DNA of 45,650 bases, the filler included, from Sphacelaria rigidula (Eukaryota): NCBI GenBank assembly GCA_964200075.2. It is 2 parts of 2 records of this genome, joined end to end, with 100 filler letters (N's around TTAATTAATTAA, not from the genome) between each part and the next. Parts side by side here need not be neighbours in the genome. Positions count along the whole stretch, not along the records: positions 1 to 22,783 come from CAXNAA020000309.1; 1 more part is not named here. The stretch is one strand, 5' to 3'. Made by a program: the position numbers and the translations under genes. The notes below the pieces were generated by a model. The model made no database searches and was not told the DNA's origin. It saw only the letters and a program-made list of their open reading frames with translations. Shown here piece by piece: positions 10,750-22,149 of this stretch (the stretch's first letter is position 1; each line of letters starts with the position of its first letter).

Positions 10750-10888
10750 GTAACCCCAACCGGAGGCGTACGAGATCGTCGGGCAGGGAGGGGGGCACAG
10801 GTTCCCCTAGACAAAGTGTGCGTGGGCAGACGTGAGATCGATGCCGCAGGCGCCTATTTCAACAAGAACACGTTCTGCACAAGCTGGG
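10750..10888. repeat. Interspersed repeat family X copy
   Basis: gttcccctagacaaagtgtgcgtgggcagacgtgagatcgatgccgcaggcgcctatttcaacaagaacacgttctgc aligns to the reverse complement of 17405-17490. Confidence 0.65.
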
Positions 10889-11064
10889 TCCACTGCTCAC
10901 GTGCCCTGAACCATGAAGTTTCTCAGAACTTTTTCAAGTATAGTATCAATCAGTGATGTTGTCAACCATAGATATACAACCAAAGCATTAGGTCTACTGG
11001 ATAAATTACATGTCTTCCACCTTTTATCATCAATGTGCGTGTCTGGGCGTTTTGGGAGTATGCG

Positions 11065-12785
11065 ACGCCCGGCCGGTGTGTATCTGCCTGTGTACAGGCA
11101 GATTCACAGAACCTTGCTGTACGATAAAATCAGCTCCACGACTCATTTGAGCAGACCCACTTGTCTAGGAACGAACACAATTTAGAAATCACCCACCATG
11201 CTCAATGGAGACAACGCACCATAATGCGCGCGCAGCACACGGCACACGCACACGCACAACACCATACAAACCACACACCCAGAGAGACGAACCATCAGCA
11301 GCAGCCCTTCAACTCATCCTACATTAGCAGGCAGGAAGCCCATCTGCCTCGGTATTTACACATTGGTTATTTTTGGGAAACTAGAACGTATACGGTGAAT
11401 ACTGTAGGGTATTGCGATGACTGCAGCGTGTATATTGTCCTCAAAGCCCGCCTGAACAAAAAACTTTACCCTCGGCATAAGTGTAGCATAAAATAAATCG
11501 CACCGCTTTTTTATATCCATTACGAGGGCAGAGTTTGCTGAAGCATTTACCCTTGTGTGTACAAATTGATTGTTTTTGGAACATACGTCCTCCCCAGACA
11601 CAAGGACACCCCAATACGTTGTACTGACTGCAGCATGTGCCGTACTCCAAGCCCTGGGCATGACAAGCTTCACTACCCGCATATATGTCCACGGCGGTGT
11701 CGCCATGGAATGGATGCCCAAGGCTACTGTTGCTTCCCATTGTCGTGTTTTCGACAACCACATCAGCCCTCCCCACATACCCACAACTGTATGGAGGCAT
11801 GCAACGTCTGAGGAGCATGTATGTACCGGGAACAAATCATTTGTACACACACGAGAAAATGGTTCAGCACACTCCATCCGTCGGAATTGGACCTCATGGC
11901 CTCCATAACTGGAGTCTCCTCCTGTCATGACAATTGGACCGCAGGGGTGCAGCAATTGAAATAGATACAAGAAGAAGAGCAGTTCGAATTATTTTATCGT
12001 ATATCTGCGAAGATGGCGAAAAAATATATATCAGGGCTTTGTGGGCAACACATGCTGGAGTCATCGCAATACATTGGAGTATTCACAGTATGCGTTTTAG
12101 TCTGTATTGCGAACGATGTTTGCGGTAGTGGTGATGTTGTACTGACCTGTCTGAGGAGTATTTACCAAAGACAACGAATCTGTACAAACAAATACAGGTG
12201 GGTTTCCTGCCTGCCTAGCGTGTCACACGCGGCCATTTGGCTACCTCCGAAATTCCTTCGGGTGGGTAAACTTTTCGAGCCTCCAGAGGAATTAAACGCC
12301 TCCGGAGGGGTGTGCGGCCCTCCAGAGGATATTTTTTGGTCTCCTCCAGGGGGATTAAACGCCTCCGGAGGCTTATTTTTGCCTCTGGAGGGCCACGCAC
12401 ACCTCCCAAATTCCTCCCGAGCGGTGCACGGCCCTCCGGGTCGGTATTGTAGAGTTTGGTGTCCTCCAGAGGGATTGAAGGCCTCCGGAGACTTGTTTCC
12501 CCGTGGAGGGCCGCCCATCCCTCCAGAGCAATTTGGGGTGTAGCCAAATGTCCGCGTGTGGTAGGATGAGTTGAAGGACTGCTGGTAATGGTTCGTCTCT
12601 CTCCGTGTGTGTGGTTTGTAGTACTGTGCGTGTACGTCCCATGGTCTGTTGGCACTGGGTGCGTTGTCTCTATTGAGCGCGGTGGGCGAATTCAAAAATT
12701 TGTTCATTCTTGGACTGGCGGGACTGCCCAGACGTGCTGTGGAACTGATTCTATCGTGCAGGCAGATATATGCCGGCCGTACGAC
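11065..12785. mobile_element. Long-inverted-repeat element: arms ~11065-11522 and ~11958-12785, the right arm interrupted by a CMC-like MITE
   Basis: Left arm ggccggtgtgtatctgcctg...ctcaatggagacaacgcacc...agagagacgaaccatcagcagcagcccttcaactcatcctac is collinear with the reverse complement of the right arm over ~460 bp. Confidence 0.75.
12224..12560. mobile_element. CMC/EnSpm-like non-autonomous DNA transposon (family C), 337 bp
   Basis: TIRs CACACGCGGCCATTTGGCTAC / GTAGCCAAATGTCCGCGTGTG; 2-bp TSD GT; internal array of palindromic CCTCC(A/G)GAGG motifs; the empty site is visible in the other arm at ~11310-11340. Confidence 0.85.
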
Positions 12786-12897
12786 GCCTCTTGGCTGCAC
12801 ACAAGATGTGTTTGTTGTCGTGTTGACTCCCGTCTCTTCGAGGCGTTTCGCCGTGATGTCTCTCACGCTTTCTTATCTTGATGTTGATGCGCCGGTT

Positions 12898-13117
12898 GCC
12901 CCGGTGGCTCAACTGGTAGCCTTGAAACCTTTTGACAGTTGAGTCGTGGGTTCGAATCTCGGAGCGATCTGGGATGATGTCGTGGGTACACAAAATTCGA
13001 GTTGACGGTCGACGAGGGAAATGGGCTGCTAAACCCCTCCCGCGATAAAAAATAAAAAGGCAGGCATCACAAAAAGAAGGTGGAGAACTAGAAAAAACAA
13101 AAAATGAACAAAAAAAC
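12898..13117 (+). mobile_element. tRNA-derived SINE (or pseudo-tRNA head with A-rich tail)
   Basis: A-box TGGCTCAACTGG, B-box GGTTCGAATCTC, partly pairing acceptor stem (GCCCCGG/TCGGAGC) but broken T-stem; A-rich 3' end. Confidence 0.65.
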
Positions 13118-13428
13118 TCCTGCGTTGGCCCTCCTCTTGTGTGACCCCGGCTGGTGCGCCCACATTATCGAAAGGTGTACACCGGCGTTCACAATGAACG
13201 GGACAACAACACAACTCACACGGTGTAGACGCCTCGACCGCCCCACTGCAGTACGGACATCTTCATATTTTCCCCACCGTGCGTGTTGTCCCGCATAGGT
13301 CTGTGCCCTTCAGATTGGTTCTAGTATATCGACGAGTTTCTCTCAGTGTATTCCCCTTTTTTGCGTTGTGGAAATTTGTACACGTCTGGCGTGTCTCGAA
13401 TGTGTTGAAGCGCGCTGTGCTGGGATTT

Positions 13429-13524
13429 TTAACCCGTAGACCGCCAGGCTAGTCATGCATACTTTTTTTGAGCGAAGTTGATGCCGATTCATCAGATGAT
13501 CTACGCTTACTGTCTGAGGGTTCA
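13429..13524. mobile_element. piggyBac-like MITE (family PB) copy
   Basis: TTAA|CCCGTAGACCGCCAGGCTAGTC...atgcatactttt...gatgccgattc...GTCTGAGGG|TTCA. Confidence 0.65.
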
Positions 13525-13764
13525 GTCGCTAGGAGGATAGATGAAGCCCACTGTCATTCATGCTTGTTTTATTCCCTCACCTGCGCGCGGAGCGTGAGTT
13601 GCCTTGTCTGGTTTCCCGCACTTTGTTTTTACATGACGAAATGCCAACTTCCATTCAATAGATTTTGCCCCTTCTTGATGAGAATCGTGTTTGTTGTTGT
13701 TGTCTGTGCTGGTTTGTGTATTCCATATATATATATATTTTTTTTTTCGAACACATGAAAACAG

Positions 13765-13867
13765 GTGGGAAAGGTGTGCTTGGACCAGCACAATCATCTC
13801 ATCGCTACGGAGGAGCAACTTAAGTACGTCAAGTCGCTGAAGGTCATGGCTGGACATTTCTTCTGGG
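13765..13867 (+). CDS. Sulfotransferase, exon 3 (absent from the ORF track)
   Basis: CAG|GTG acceptor; VGKVCLDQHNHLIATEEQLKYVKSLKVMAGHFFW(G); G|GTAAGA donor, phase 1. The GH motif is typical of this family. Confidence 0.85.
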
Positions 13868-13950
13868 GTAAGAAGTAGGGTAGACAACACGATTTTTATC
13901 CATGTCCGCCTTGATAACTTGGTGACTTTCCCCTTTGATCTTCCCCCCTC

Positions 13951-16134
13951 TCGTCGATGGTTGGAGTCGGTTGACGACGGCGCTGTAAAACGTGCCACTC
14001 ACTGCGTAAGTCGGGCAACTGGCTCACCGTTTCTTGTGTTTTTCGCGGTAACGATGCACACGCGGCCATTCGGCTACCCCCGTAAAATCCTCTATCGCGA
14101 TCTTCATCCTCTCGAGGGTAAAGTGACCCTCGGGAGGATAAAAATATACTCTAGAGGTAAGTTCATACTCGGTTCCGGTCATGAAACGAATCCTTTGGAA
14201 GGCATCTGATGCTTCAGTGACTTCTGAGGTCTGAATCCCTCTAGAGTGCCAAAAATATGGTGCACTGGATCACGTGGTTTTCGTGACCGTCCCTTAAAGG
14301 GAAATATGAACGGCAGAGGGAAATGTGAGCATCATTCCTCTGCCGGAGGGACCGACTAGCCTCTAAGACATTGGTTGCGACTCGGGAAGACATGGCCGCG
14401 CAGTATCCTCCAGCGTGTACATTAGCACTTGTGCACTTGTGTCCTATAACTGCTTCCAGGGGACCTTTGGGACCATCATGCCAAAAGAAATATATGCATC
14501 ACCCGCTGTTCACAGATTGAATCGCAAACCCGACAACACTTATCCTCAGCTATAATACCACCACGATAACCCTGCAGCAAAGAGCACGAGTTGGGCACAG
14601 GGATATAGATACACACTGCAGTATTTGAGTATGATGTATGTCTTGTCGGTGGAAGTTTCAACTTGAGCAGCGGGGTATGGTGCGAGCAACAACCGGCGGT
14701 TCACTGCATACACACCCATGAACAGTGCAGGCAGACAAAGCTGCGCGCACTGTTCAAATTCTTTTCACGTTGCCCTGTGAGCAGAAAACATACATGCAGT
14801 CTTGCGCTGTCTGTACTGTACTTTGTGCGCTTCCCTTTCACGTCCTACTGACTGCAGCGGTGAGCATGCTGCAAGAACGGGCATCGTGCGTATAGTCAGT
14901 AGATCGCGGTATATAACACCCCTATGCACCCAAAGTTACAGGCATCCACTTTGTTTGGCCACACGTGGCGCATATGCCGCGCTAACTCTGAAGTATATTG
15001 TACAGCACGTATATAAGAACGATATGGTACTGTCCTACACGGTATTGTACTATTCAGTACAGCATCAAACCATGCTTATTGTTGTGATGATCATATATAT
15101 CACCATCAACGTACAGGATAAACCGCGATAATAATTTTTCGCGTGTTCAGTCGGAAAAATGCTTCACTTTTGTGTTCGACAGGTAAACACCGGACCACGT
15201 GGTTTTCAAGCTTGTATGTTTGAATACATGAGGTTCGAACAGGGTGGACATCATAACCACAAGCTAAAGCTACATATCATGGCTGTGTGTACATACATTC
15301 GCAATCGGTGTATGGGACTTGAAACCAGTCGAAGCTGTTGAAGAGTTCGATCCGCTTGCCCAAGATATGAGGTGGGGGGCAAGAGGGTGAGTTCTCAACG
15401 ACTTCTGCTGTCTCTCGACTTTTATCCACCGATACCGTGTCGTATGTGGGACTTGAACAACAAAAGCTGCTCGCATATAAGTGTCTTTTTCTGCCCAATT
15501 CAAGGTATTGGTGGGCAAAATGAAGATTTATTTCAAACAGTTTCTGGTGTACAAATACCATTCGCCAGTGTATATGGGATTTGCACAGCCTCTCTGCTGT
15601 TCGAAATAAATTCTTCTGGCCTGATTCCAATAATTTGACGAATACCCAAGATCCTCTAGGGGGGATTTTAAAGCGGGCGGAACAGAGGATGACGTTTGAA
15701 AATTCCTCCACGAGGTAGCCGAATGGCCGCGTGTGTGACGTGATGGTGCCCGAGCTAGATGACGCCGTATGTGGGGTGTAGAATCTGAACTCCGCCCAAC
15801 GAGAATGGTCGCACTGCGTGGTGTTTATACGATGAGACACCAAGGGTCAATGTGTAACCCGTGGCTCCTTCTGGGAGTGGCGATGCCAGGAAATGAAGCA
15901 TCTCATTGGAGACTGTCATTCACATGCAAGATAACCAGTAGGCTTCGGGCCGAGCATTCTAAGCAAGATATACCTCACCCTTCGTACGACCCACTGAACA
16001 CATAACGGCACTTTCGCCGTTGGTGAGTGCGAGCCTGGTCCGACAAGAGCCCGGCGTGCTCCGTCCCGGCTTTGTGCGGATGCGAGGACAACCGTCTCAT
16101 GGCTACGGCATGATGATACGAGAATATGAGTTTG
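13951..16134 (+). mobile_element. Family B element copy 2, split by a 1.68-kb CMC-like insertion
   Basis: 13951-14056 joined to 15738-16134 is collinear with 4365-4862. Flanked by CCCCCCTC at 13943-13950 and 16137-16144. Confidence 0.75.
14057..15735. mobile_element. CMC/EnSpm-like DNA transposon (family C), 1679 bp, no intact ORF
   Basis: Perfect TIRs CACACGCGGCCATTCGGCTACC / GGTAGCCGAATGGCCGCGTGTG; 2-bp TSD TG (14055-56 and 15736-37); subterminal CCTCnnGAGG motifs; empty site cgatgaccgtgatgg at ~4461. Confidence 0.88.
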
Positions 16135-16797
16135 CCCCCCCCTCACCCCCTCCCCATGTATTGTCGTTTCAATTGACGTTAAAATCTCGATGGCTTCCGC
16201 CCAGTACAAATTACAAAGCCTTTTTGATAACCCATCGTAGATCGATTTCAATTTTGACGTCACGAAAGTGCAGCAATTTTCAGTGCATGGCTGAAAAATA
16301 GGGTTCCGAGAGTATTGTAGTACATGAAGCAGCAGCTCTTGTATAAATATCTGATGGACCATCATACTAATGATGATCTCGCATGTTCTTCATGTTTTTC
16401 ACACTCTTGATTTTTGATTGATCAATTGATCGTCGTACTCAAGATAGAACGTTGCGATTTTCAGTTCTTTAGTTCTTTAGTTGGCGATATTTGGGGTCTT
16501 GAGTCTCGCCTGTAGTCGGACCCTGTGTTCATTTCTACTTGTCGCTATCGAGTTGGAAAACCGAGTGCCACCCCCTGAAGTCCGAGTGGCCACCTGCGGC
16601 CCCGGATCTACTGAGGTTAGCCATATGTACTCCCTTTCTTCTTGATTATTCATTCCTGTTTTGCTTGTATCGCGTTTTGTGAGTTTTTTTAACTGCTTTT
16701 TTTTTTTTTTTTCTAGCCTGTTACCACGGAAGGCGTCCGCATTAGATGCCCAGTACGAATGTATCGCGCAGTTATCGGAACGGTTTTTAATGTGGAG

Positions 16798-16830
16798 ACA
16801 ACAACAACAACAACAACAACAACAATAACA
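16798..16830. repeat. (ACA)n microsatellite, likely a retroelement 3' tail
   Basis: acaacaacaacaacaacaacaacaacaataaca, preceded by a T-rich UTR-like stretch at ~16630-16790. Confidence 0.75.
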
Positions 16831-16989
16831 ACTCAAATTGACCGCCCCAGGTCCAGCCGTGGTCACAAGATTTTGAGTGAAACGGTTGCATTGTATATAA
16901 GGTCACACCTCGGTTCTGCAGTTGTCGTACTCGATCATCGTTTTTTCTCATCTTACATACGTCACTTTTTGCGTTCCCCCCATATGCAG

Positions 16990-17246
16990 GGTTCCAAGAG
17001 TACACTACGAAACCCTACCTGATGGTGACCACCTTGCGCAATCCGCTCGAGCTGGCCGTGTCTGGGACGCAGTTTAAGCATCGTGCGGAGACGGATACTG
17101 TGGCGAAGGCCGCCCCTTTCGTAACTGGAATGATGGAACGCGCCATCAACAAATTCAAGGATTCGACTCGAGCGGACATGGGATTCTTGCGGAGGCTTGT
17201 CGATGGCTGGTTGCCCACAGATCCGGGGTCTGTCAAGTCCCAGAAG
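16990..17246 (+). CDS. Sulfotransferase, exon 4 (3'-PB motif)
   Basis: CAG|GG acceptor, phase 1 matching exon 3; (G)FQEYTTKPYLMVTTLRNPLELAVSGTQF...GSVKSQK; AAG|GTGAGC donor, phase 0. LRNPxxxxxS is the 3'-phosphate-binding motif. Confidence 0.9.
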
Positions 17247-17394
17247 GTGAGCATGCTTAACGCGGGGGGCTTTCTATGCTAGGAGGTCAGTAGTGTTTTT
17301 CCACTTGTTCGAGGAGAACGTTCCCAGAGTTATATTACTTAATTTGAGTTTGAACACCGATATTCGGGTCTTTGATGGGGCTGACAGCCCCAAC

Positions 17395-17548
17395 TTTCCC
17401 AAATGCGCGCAGCACGCGTTTTCGTCAAAATCGGCGCCTGCGCCGTCGAGTTGACGTCTGCCAACGCCACACTTTGCCCGGGGAACGCTCCGCATTCCCC
17501 TCGCCCGAGGGTTCTCGGTACGAGTTGAGTTCTGTTTGGGGTCAGGGC
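17395..17548. repeat. Interspersed repeat family X copy
   Basis: See 9492 and 10750; ends ttggggtcaggg. Confidence 0.6.
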
Positions 17549-18189
17549 CCTTCTCAACGAAGGGGATGCAAAAACACTTCCTGAAATCCCCTTTTGAACA
17601 GGGGATTTCTGTGCACCTCAGACTGGAACATACATTCACCGTTGACAGGGGCACATGCGAAGGCTCATCACACAACTCGACACAATCAGAGCTGAACCTG
17701 AGGAACTTGGTAGCCCCGCAGACCAAAAACACGCAGCTCGAGCCGTAGCTGATAATCAGCTGTGCACGTTGTGCGTGACCTTGCTCAAATCTGTTGAGAA
17801 TTCGTTGGGAAATAAGGATTTTCGTGAGACGAGCGCGCAGCGTTTACAAAACGGTCAGCATCGACACGTTTTCGGTTGTTTTTGACAAGCGCGCGGCCGC
17901 CATTCGTCCAATATAGGATGGGTTTCCGTCAAACAAGACTGCCGTGTGTAGATCAGCAAGAGCTAGCAGTGAAACTGAGGCGCGTGAGTGGTGGGTGTCT
18001 GTGCCTGTTTCTTCAGGGCTGGGTGTGTATGTGTTGTGTTGCCTTGTTGCGTGATGTCTGCAGCATTACACAGACCTTGGATCTGCTGGGTCTAACGACC
18101 ACTTCCAGACCCGCCGCCTTTCTGAACGTCCGTGCAGGTCTTCGTTCTAATCTGTGCAAAACTGCTTGTACATGGTCGATAGGACTCGG

Positions 18190-19072
18190 GACTAGTCGTT
18201 ATGGGGCCAATCCCCTGTCAAGGGGGGATTGCGAAAAAGGGGATAAATCCCCCTTGTTGAGAAGGGCTTTTGGGGTTAGGAAACACTCGCTGAAGAAGAA
18301 GGGATAGAAAAAGTCGACGTTGAAGAAATAAGAAGTCAAGAAAAGCAAAGCACAGAAAGGAATGGTCAGTCTCAAAGACGAAAAACGAAAAAAGCAAAGA
18401 ACAAAGAAGGAAATCAGAAAAACCCAAGGGGTTTGAGGGCAGCAGAGTAAATACAGACAGACACACCAACGGGCACCGCGGAGCCACCGACTAAGGACAT
18501 GACCACTATGAGAAGACGGGATCCTTCGATTGACGGCTCTCGACGCAGCAGGCTCGTTTATGAAGGCGGTCCGCTTCTCGTTTGTCCGCGCGTCGCCACG
18601 TGTCCTCATACTCTCCCGCTCCTTTTTCGACTCCAGTATGCCATTTGCCCATGTTCCTCGCCGCAGGGACCCAATCGTATGCATCGTCGACTTCTACACC
18701 GTAGACGAACCATTTCCGTCGGGCTCCCTTGTGTGGAACAGCCCCTTGTGCACGTAGGTTATCCTTTAGGGGATCCTCCCATTGCTCGGGGGGGCGGCCG
18801 GCCTCCTTGGTTCCTCGTGTGGAAAGCCGACCTTTCATGACGCGTTTAGGAAGGCGTGTGTCCTTCTGCCGGGCAAGGGCTCCCGCGAACCAGAGTTGTC
18901 TCGATACGTTCGCACTTGGTCATCTCGAGCACCGCTCTGTACGCAAGAGTCTTGTAGCCATTTCGATCTTTCCTGCGGAACCCAACCACTCGCAGCAAGA
19001 GCTTGTGATGAGCAGCCAGCAGACTATCGAAGTCCTCAGAATATAGCGTCCATGTGGCACACCCATGCACTG
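18190..19072 (-). mobile_element. Degenerate RTE-like LINE 3' fragment (post-RT region plus probable 3' UTR)
   Basis: HGCATWTL...AHHKLLLRVVGFRRKDRNGYKTLAYRAVLEMTKCERIETT and MKGRL...GRPPEQWEDPLKDNL...DWVPAARNMGKWHTGVEKGA show the YGCxTW, GRP and AxxxxxW pattern of RTE-type ORF C-termini; frameshifted. Confidence 0.8.
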
Positions 19073-19320
19073 GATGAGCTATATGCCTAGTGCAACTATT
19101 ATCGGCAATATATAAAGATATTCAAGAAGTGTACTGGGTAAAGTATATCCAGTATATATTTTGTCTATCACATGCTTTGACCATATTATGTTGTCCAGGG
19201 TGTGAAGTGGTGCGAGTGAATTAAGGTGTGTGGAAATAACTGTCGAGACGTTGTGCATTGAAATCATTAACAATCAGGGGTCTCTCGACGCTTTCCCTGC
19301 GCTGCCCCCCGTTGAGCCAG

Positions 19321-19484
19321 GTGAACGTGTGGGGTAACAATGCCGTGAAAAACCTCGAAACGTTCTGGGTGGTGGGGGTGGTGGAGCAGTACGAGGGGTT
19401 GTTGGAGGTGCTACAAACATTGATGGATCCGGAATACCGATACCCGGCTGTGTGGGCTGAAGCGCATGAGAGACAGGAGAACTC
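19321..19484 (+). CDS. Sulfotransferase, exon 5
   Basis: CAG|GTG acceptor; VNVWGNNAVKNLETFWVVGVVEQYEGLLEVLQTLMDPEYRYPAVWAEAHERQEN(S); TC|GTGAGT donor, phase 2. AxxNLxxFxxVGxxE is typical of this family. Confidence 0.88.
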
Positions 19485-19518
19485 GTGAGTGGCGGCGGCG
19501 GCGGGGGGGGGGGGGGGG

Positions 19519-19753
19519 CTTATCTGTTGCTTGGCTTGGTCTTTTGACCATTGACACGCATCCCTTTCGAGATAGAGCAGTGTTCATACTCCTAATAGAG
19601 ACATGTCCAACATTCGAAGCGCTCATTACGTTTTCTCGATACATCCACAAAATAGACTTTCACATATCTTGTCCCCCTTTCTGTTTCGCCGTCTGTGGCT
19701 ACCATATGCTTCCTGTTCACAGTATGGCCACGGTTCCGTCGCTACTGTGTACT
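19519..19753 (-). mobile_element. LINE family A 3' fragment (~235 bp) abutting a G16 run
   Basis: The reverse complement aligns to ~2955-3188; the 3' end lies directly against the G-run at 19503-19518. Confidence 0.85.
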
Positions 19754-20136
19754 GTATTAGTGTGTCGAGCGATTTTATGCCACCTTTATATACGTCCCAC
19801 ATTCCTTACTGCGCTGTGTACCATATGCAGATTGTTTTTGTCGTCCATTCCGTACGGACCAGATATTGCACATACTCGTCGCTAGCCAGGTGGAAACAAA
19901 CCTCTGCAGAAGTTGGTTTTCTATAAGTAAGTGAGCTGTACGGAGGCGTTGGGACTGTGTGCCTAGGGGACTTCCGAGTATTATGATAACCCGGCAGTGA
20001 ACATAAGCATGCATTTAACGTTCGGACTCCGAAGCCGAACCGAGACAAGCTAGCTGTACGTATTGTTCAAGCTCCCTTGTACACCCCACAACCCGAACAT
20101 CAGGCCGGATGAGTTGATCTGGAACGCTTTCCCGGG

Positions 20137-20487
20137 AACCGTAGGTAAGGTACCGCATCGAGCGTACCCTCGGTATTTACCGGGGTATCTCATACTGTGG
20201 TATGCGTGGGTATCGTAGGTATGAGTCTTGGAAATACCCGATCGAGCGGGTACGGTAGGTATTTGAAACCTCGAAATACCGTGGTATCATGGGTATCGTG
20301 GGTATCGTGGGTATGAGTCTTTGAAAATACCTGACTGATGGGGTGCGATAACTCTTCGAAACCTCGAAATACCGTGGTATCATAGATATGGTGGGTGTGA
20401 GTTTTTAAGAATACCCGATTGGACCGGAATTAGTAGGGCATGAGATGTCTCAAATACCGGTACCGGGTACGTACCTCATCCACGGTG
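20137..20487. mobile_element. MITE-like element with about three internal ~90-bp tandem units
   Basis: Imperfect TIRs aaccgtaggtaaggtac / gtacctcatccacggtg; repeated unit gtggtat..gggtatcgtgggtatgagtctt..aaatacc..gaaacctcgaaatacc. Confidence 0.65.
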
Positions 20488-20963
20488 CCTGTGAACGCTT
20501 TACAATATATACGAGCGGCGCCAGCCTAAAAACGGATTCAAGCTCTCCGAGCAATATCTGATTGACACAGACGAGTCGGGCCGTGATACGCACATCGTAT
20601 CAATCGTCTAATAAAGGAGAGAGAGTGCCCATCTGCTAAAAACTCTGGGTCAATATTTTCTCGTTGATTGGACCCCATGTCTAGTAATCTCTATGCCGCA
20701 CGGAGATGGCGTCCACACCAAAGTCTTCATGAAACCCCGTATGATACATTCAGCGGATGATGATTTTTGGTGTGGACCTTTCCTGGAGTACGGGGAGACG
20801 ATACATACCCTCACCTTTACCTAATAATACAAATGGGGTAGAAATACTGACGATCTAATTGCGAAATGAAGACGTTCATCAATTGATGAAGGAGTCAGAT
20901 CCGCAATATACGTGAACTGGACCATCTAAACTAAAGAGGGACAGCTCCATTCTGTACTGCACA

Positions 20964-21286
20964 TTTTTTTATTTATCATTACCATCACTTTTATTTTCAC
21001 ACGTTGAACCCCCCCCCCTCCTCGGGATGAATCCGTGGTCTCGAGAGATCAACCCTTTTCCCCCCGGGGCATGCCTTGCGTTTTAGCCTCGCGGATTGGG
21101 TCAGCATTCCCGCTCCGCGCCAACTCACGAAAAAAAGTCAGTCAACCACTTTTGGTTACTCACATTCTCCCGCTTTCCACGGTGGAAATCAGATACTACG
21201 AAGAAAAAACCTAACGCATCGGAAATCGAACCCTCGTGCTCTCCACCCTAATGGCGACAGTCGGACCATTACACACCACCGGGTCG
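20964..21286 (-). mobile_element. tRNA-derived SINE (family S), copy 1
   Basis: Minus-strand head GACCCGGTGGTGTGTAATGGTCCGAC...GGGTTCGATTTCC (A and B boxes), A-rich tail; collinear with 37614-37943. Confidence 0.8.
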
Positions 21287-22149
21287 CGGCGGCACAACGC
21301 GTAGTATGAGTAGAATATGCAGTGTTGCGCCAATATATATAATATATATTTCCGGAACATGATCACTTTACCCTCCAGTCCGCCCTGCTGCAGTGCACAG
21401 CACCAGATATAGCGACGGGACACTGTTGGCTGTGGTCTGCATAACATATGGCCGAAATTTTTTAGGTTACTGCCGCTGAAGCACGCGAAGGGCATCATAA
21501 ACTGCGCGCCTCAACAGATTATACGCCGATCGGTACACTACGATGGTCATGATCCAGAAAGGGTCACTGGTGTCAGTTTGCTCCCATATGGGCCGCCCAG
21601 CCGCTCAAGATGTCGAACTTATTGAACCTGCGCGTGCATGTATGCATTCACCTCTCTTGCACGAGGTCTGGACTGCGGGGTGGCCGCTTTGAAATCGCTT
21701 GTGGCCATGTTAGTAATTTGTGAGGGACCCAAATTTGCGGGAGCGTGGCGAATATGTTGCATGTGTCGTGTCCGACTCGTGCGCAAAGTTTCATGAGGGA
21801 ACGCGAAATCGCAGGCAAGAAATCCACAACAGAAGTTGCTCTGCAAATTGGGAGTGTACCGTAGGAAAGTATCCAAATAAACACGAGATGCGGTCATGCC
21901 CTGGTTTCGCCGCATATCAGATGCCCTTACGCAGCATTATGGTACGGATACTGTAATAACAACAAAATGTTGACGTCGTTTCAACATATTGACCTGTCTC
22001 TTGTGCCATCATATTGCTCGCCCGAAATGTATTGAAATCGCGACGCCCCGATATATTTGGTGTGCAACATGTATATATTACATACTGCATTGTCCAGGGT
22101 GTGCGGCTTTGAGAGCAAAATTGCAAATGTATCCGCTCAAAAACGAATA

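Noticed and set aside
12270-12535. CRISPR-like repeat-spacer pattern
   Set aside because: Repeats are only 10 bp, spacers are short and partly repeated, there are no cas genes, the context is a eukaryotic intron, and the array is enclosed by transposon TIRs
12013-12866. Long ORFs (176-234 aa) with PEAFNP/PPEGLNASGG repeats
   Set aside because: By-products of the CCTCCGGAGG motif array within nested transposons
12898-12967. Functional tRNA gene
   Set aside because: The T-stem and anticodon arm do not pair properly and the sequence continues into an A-tailed body, so it is better read as a SINE
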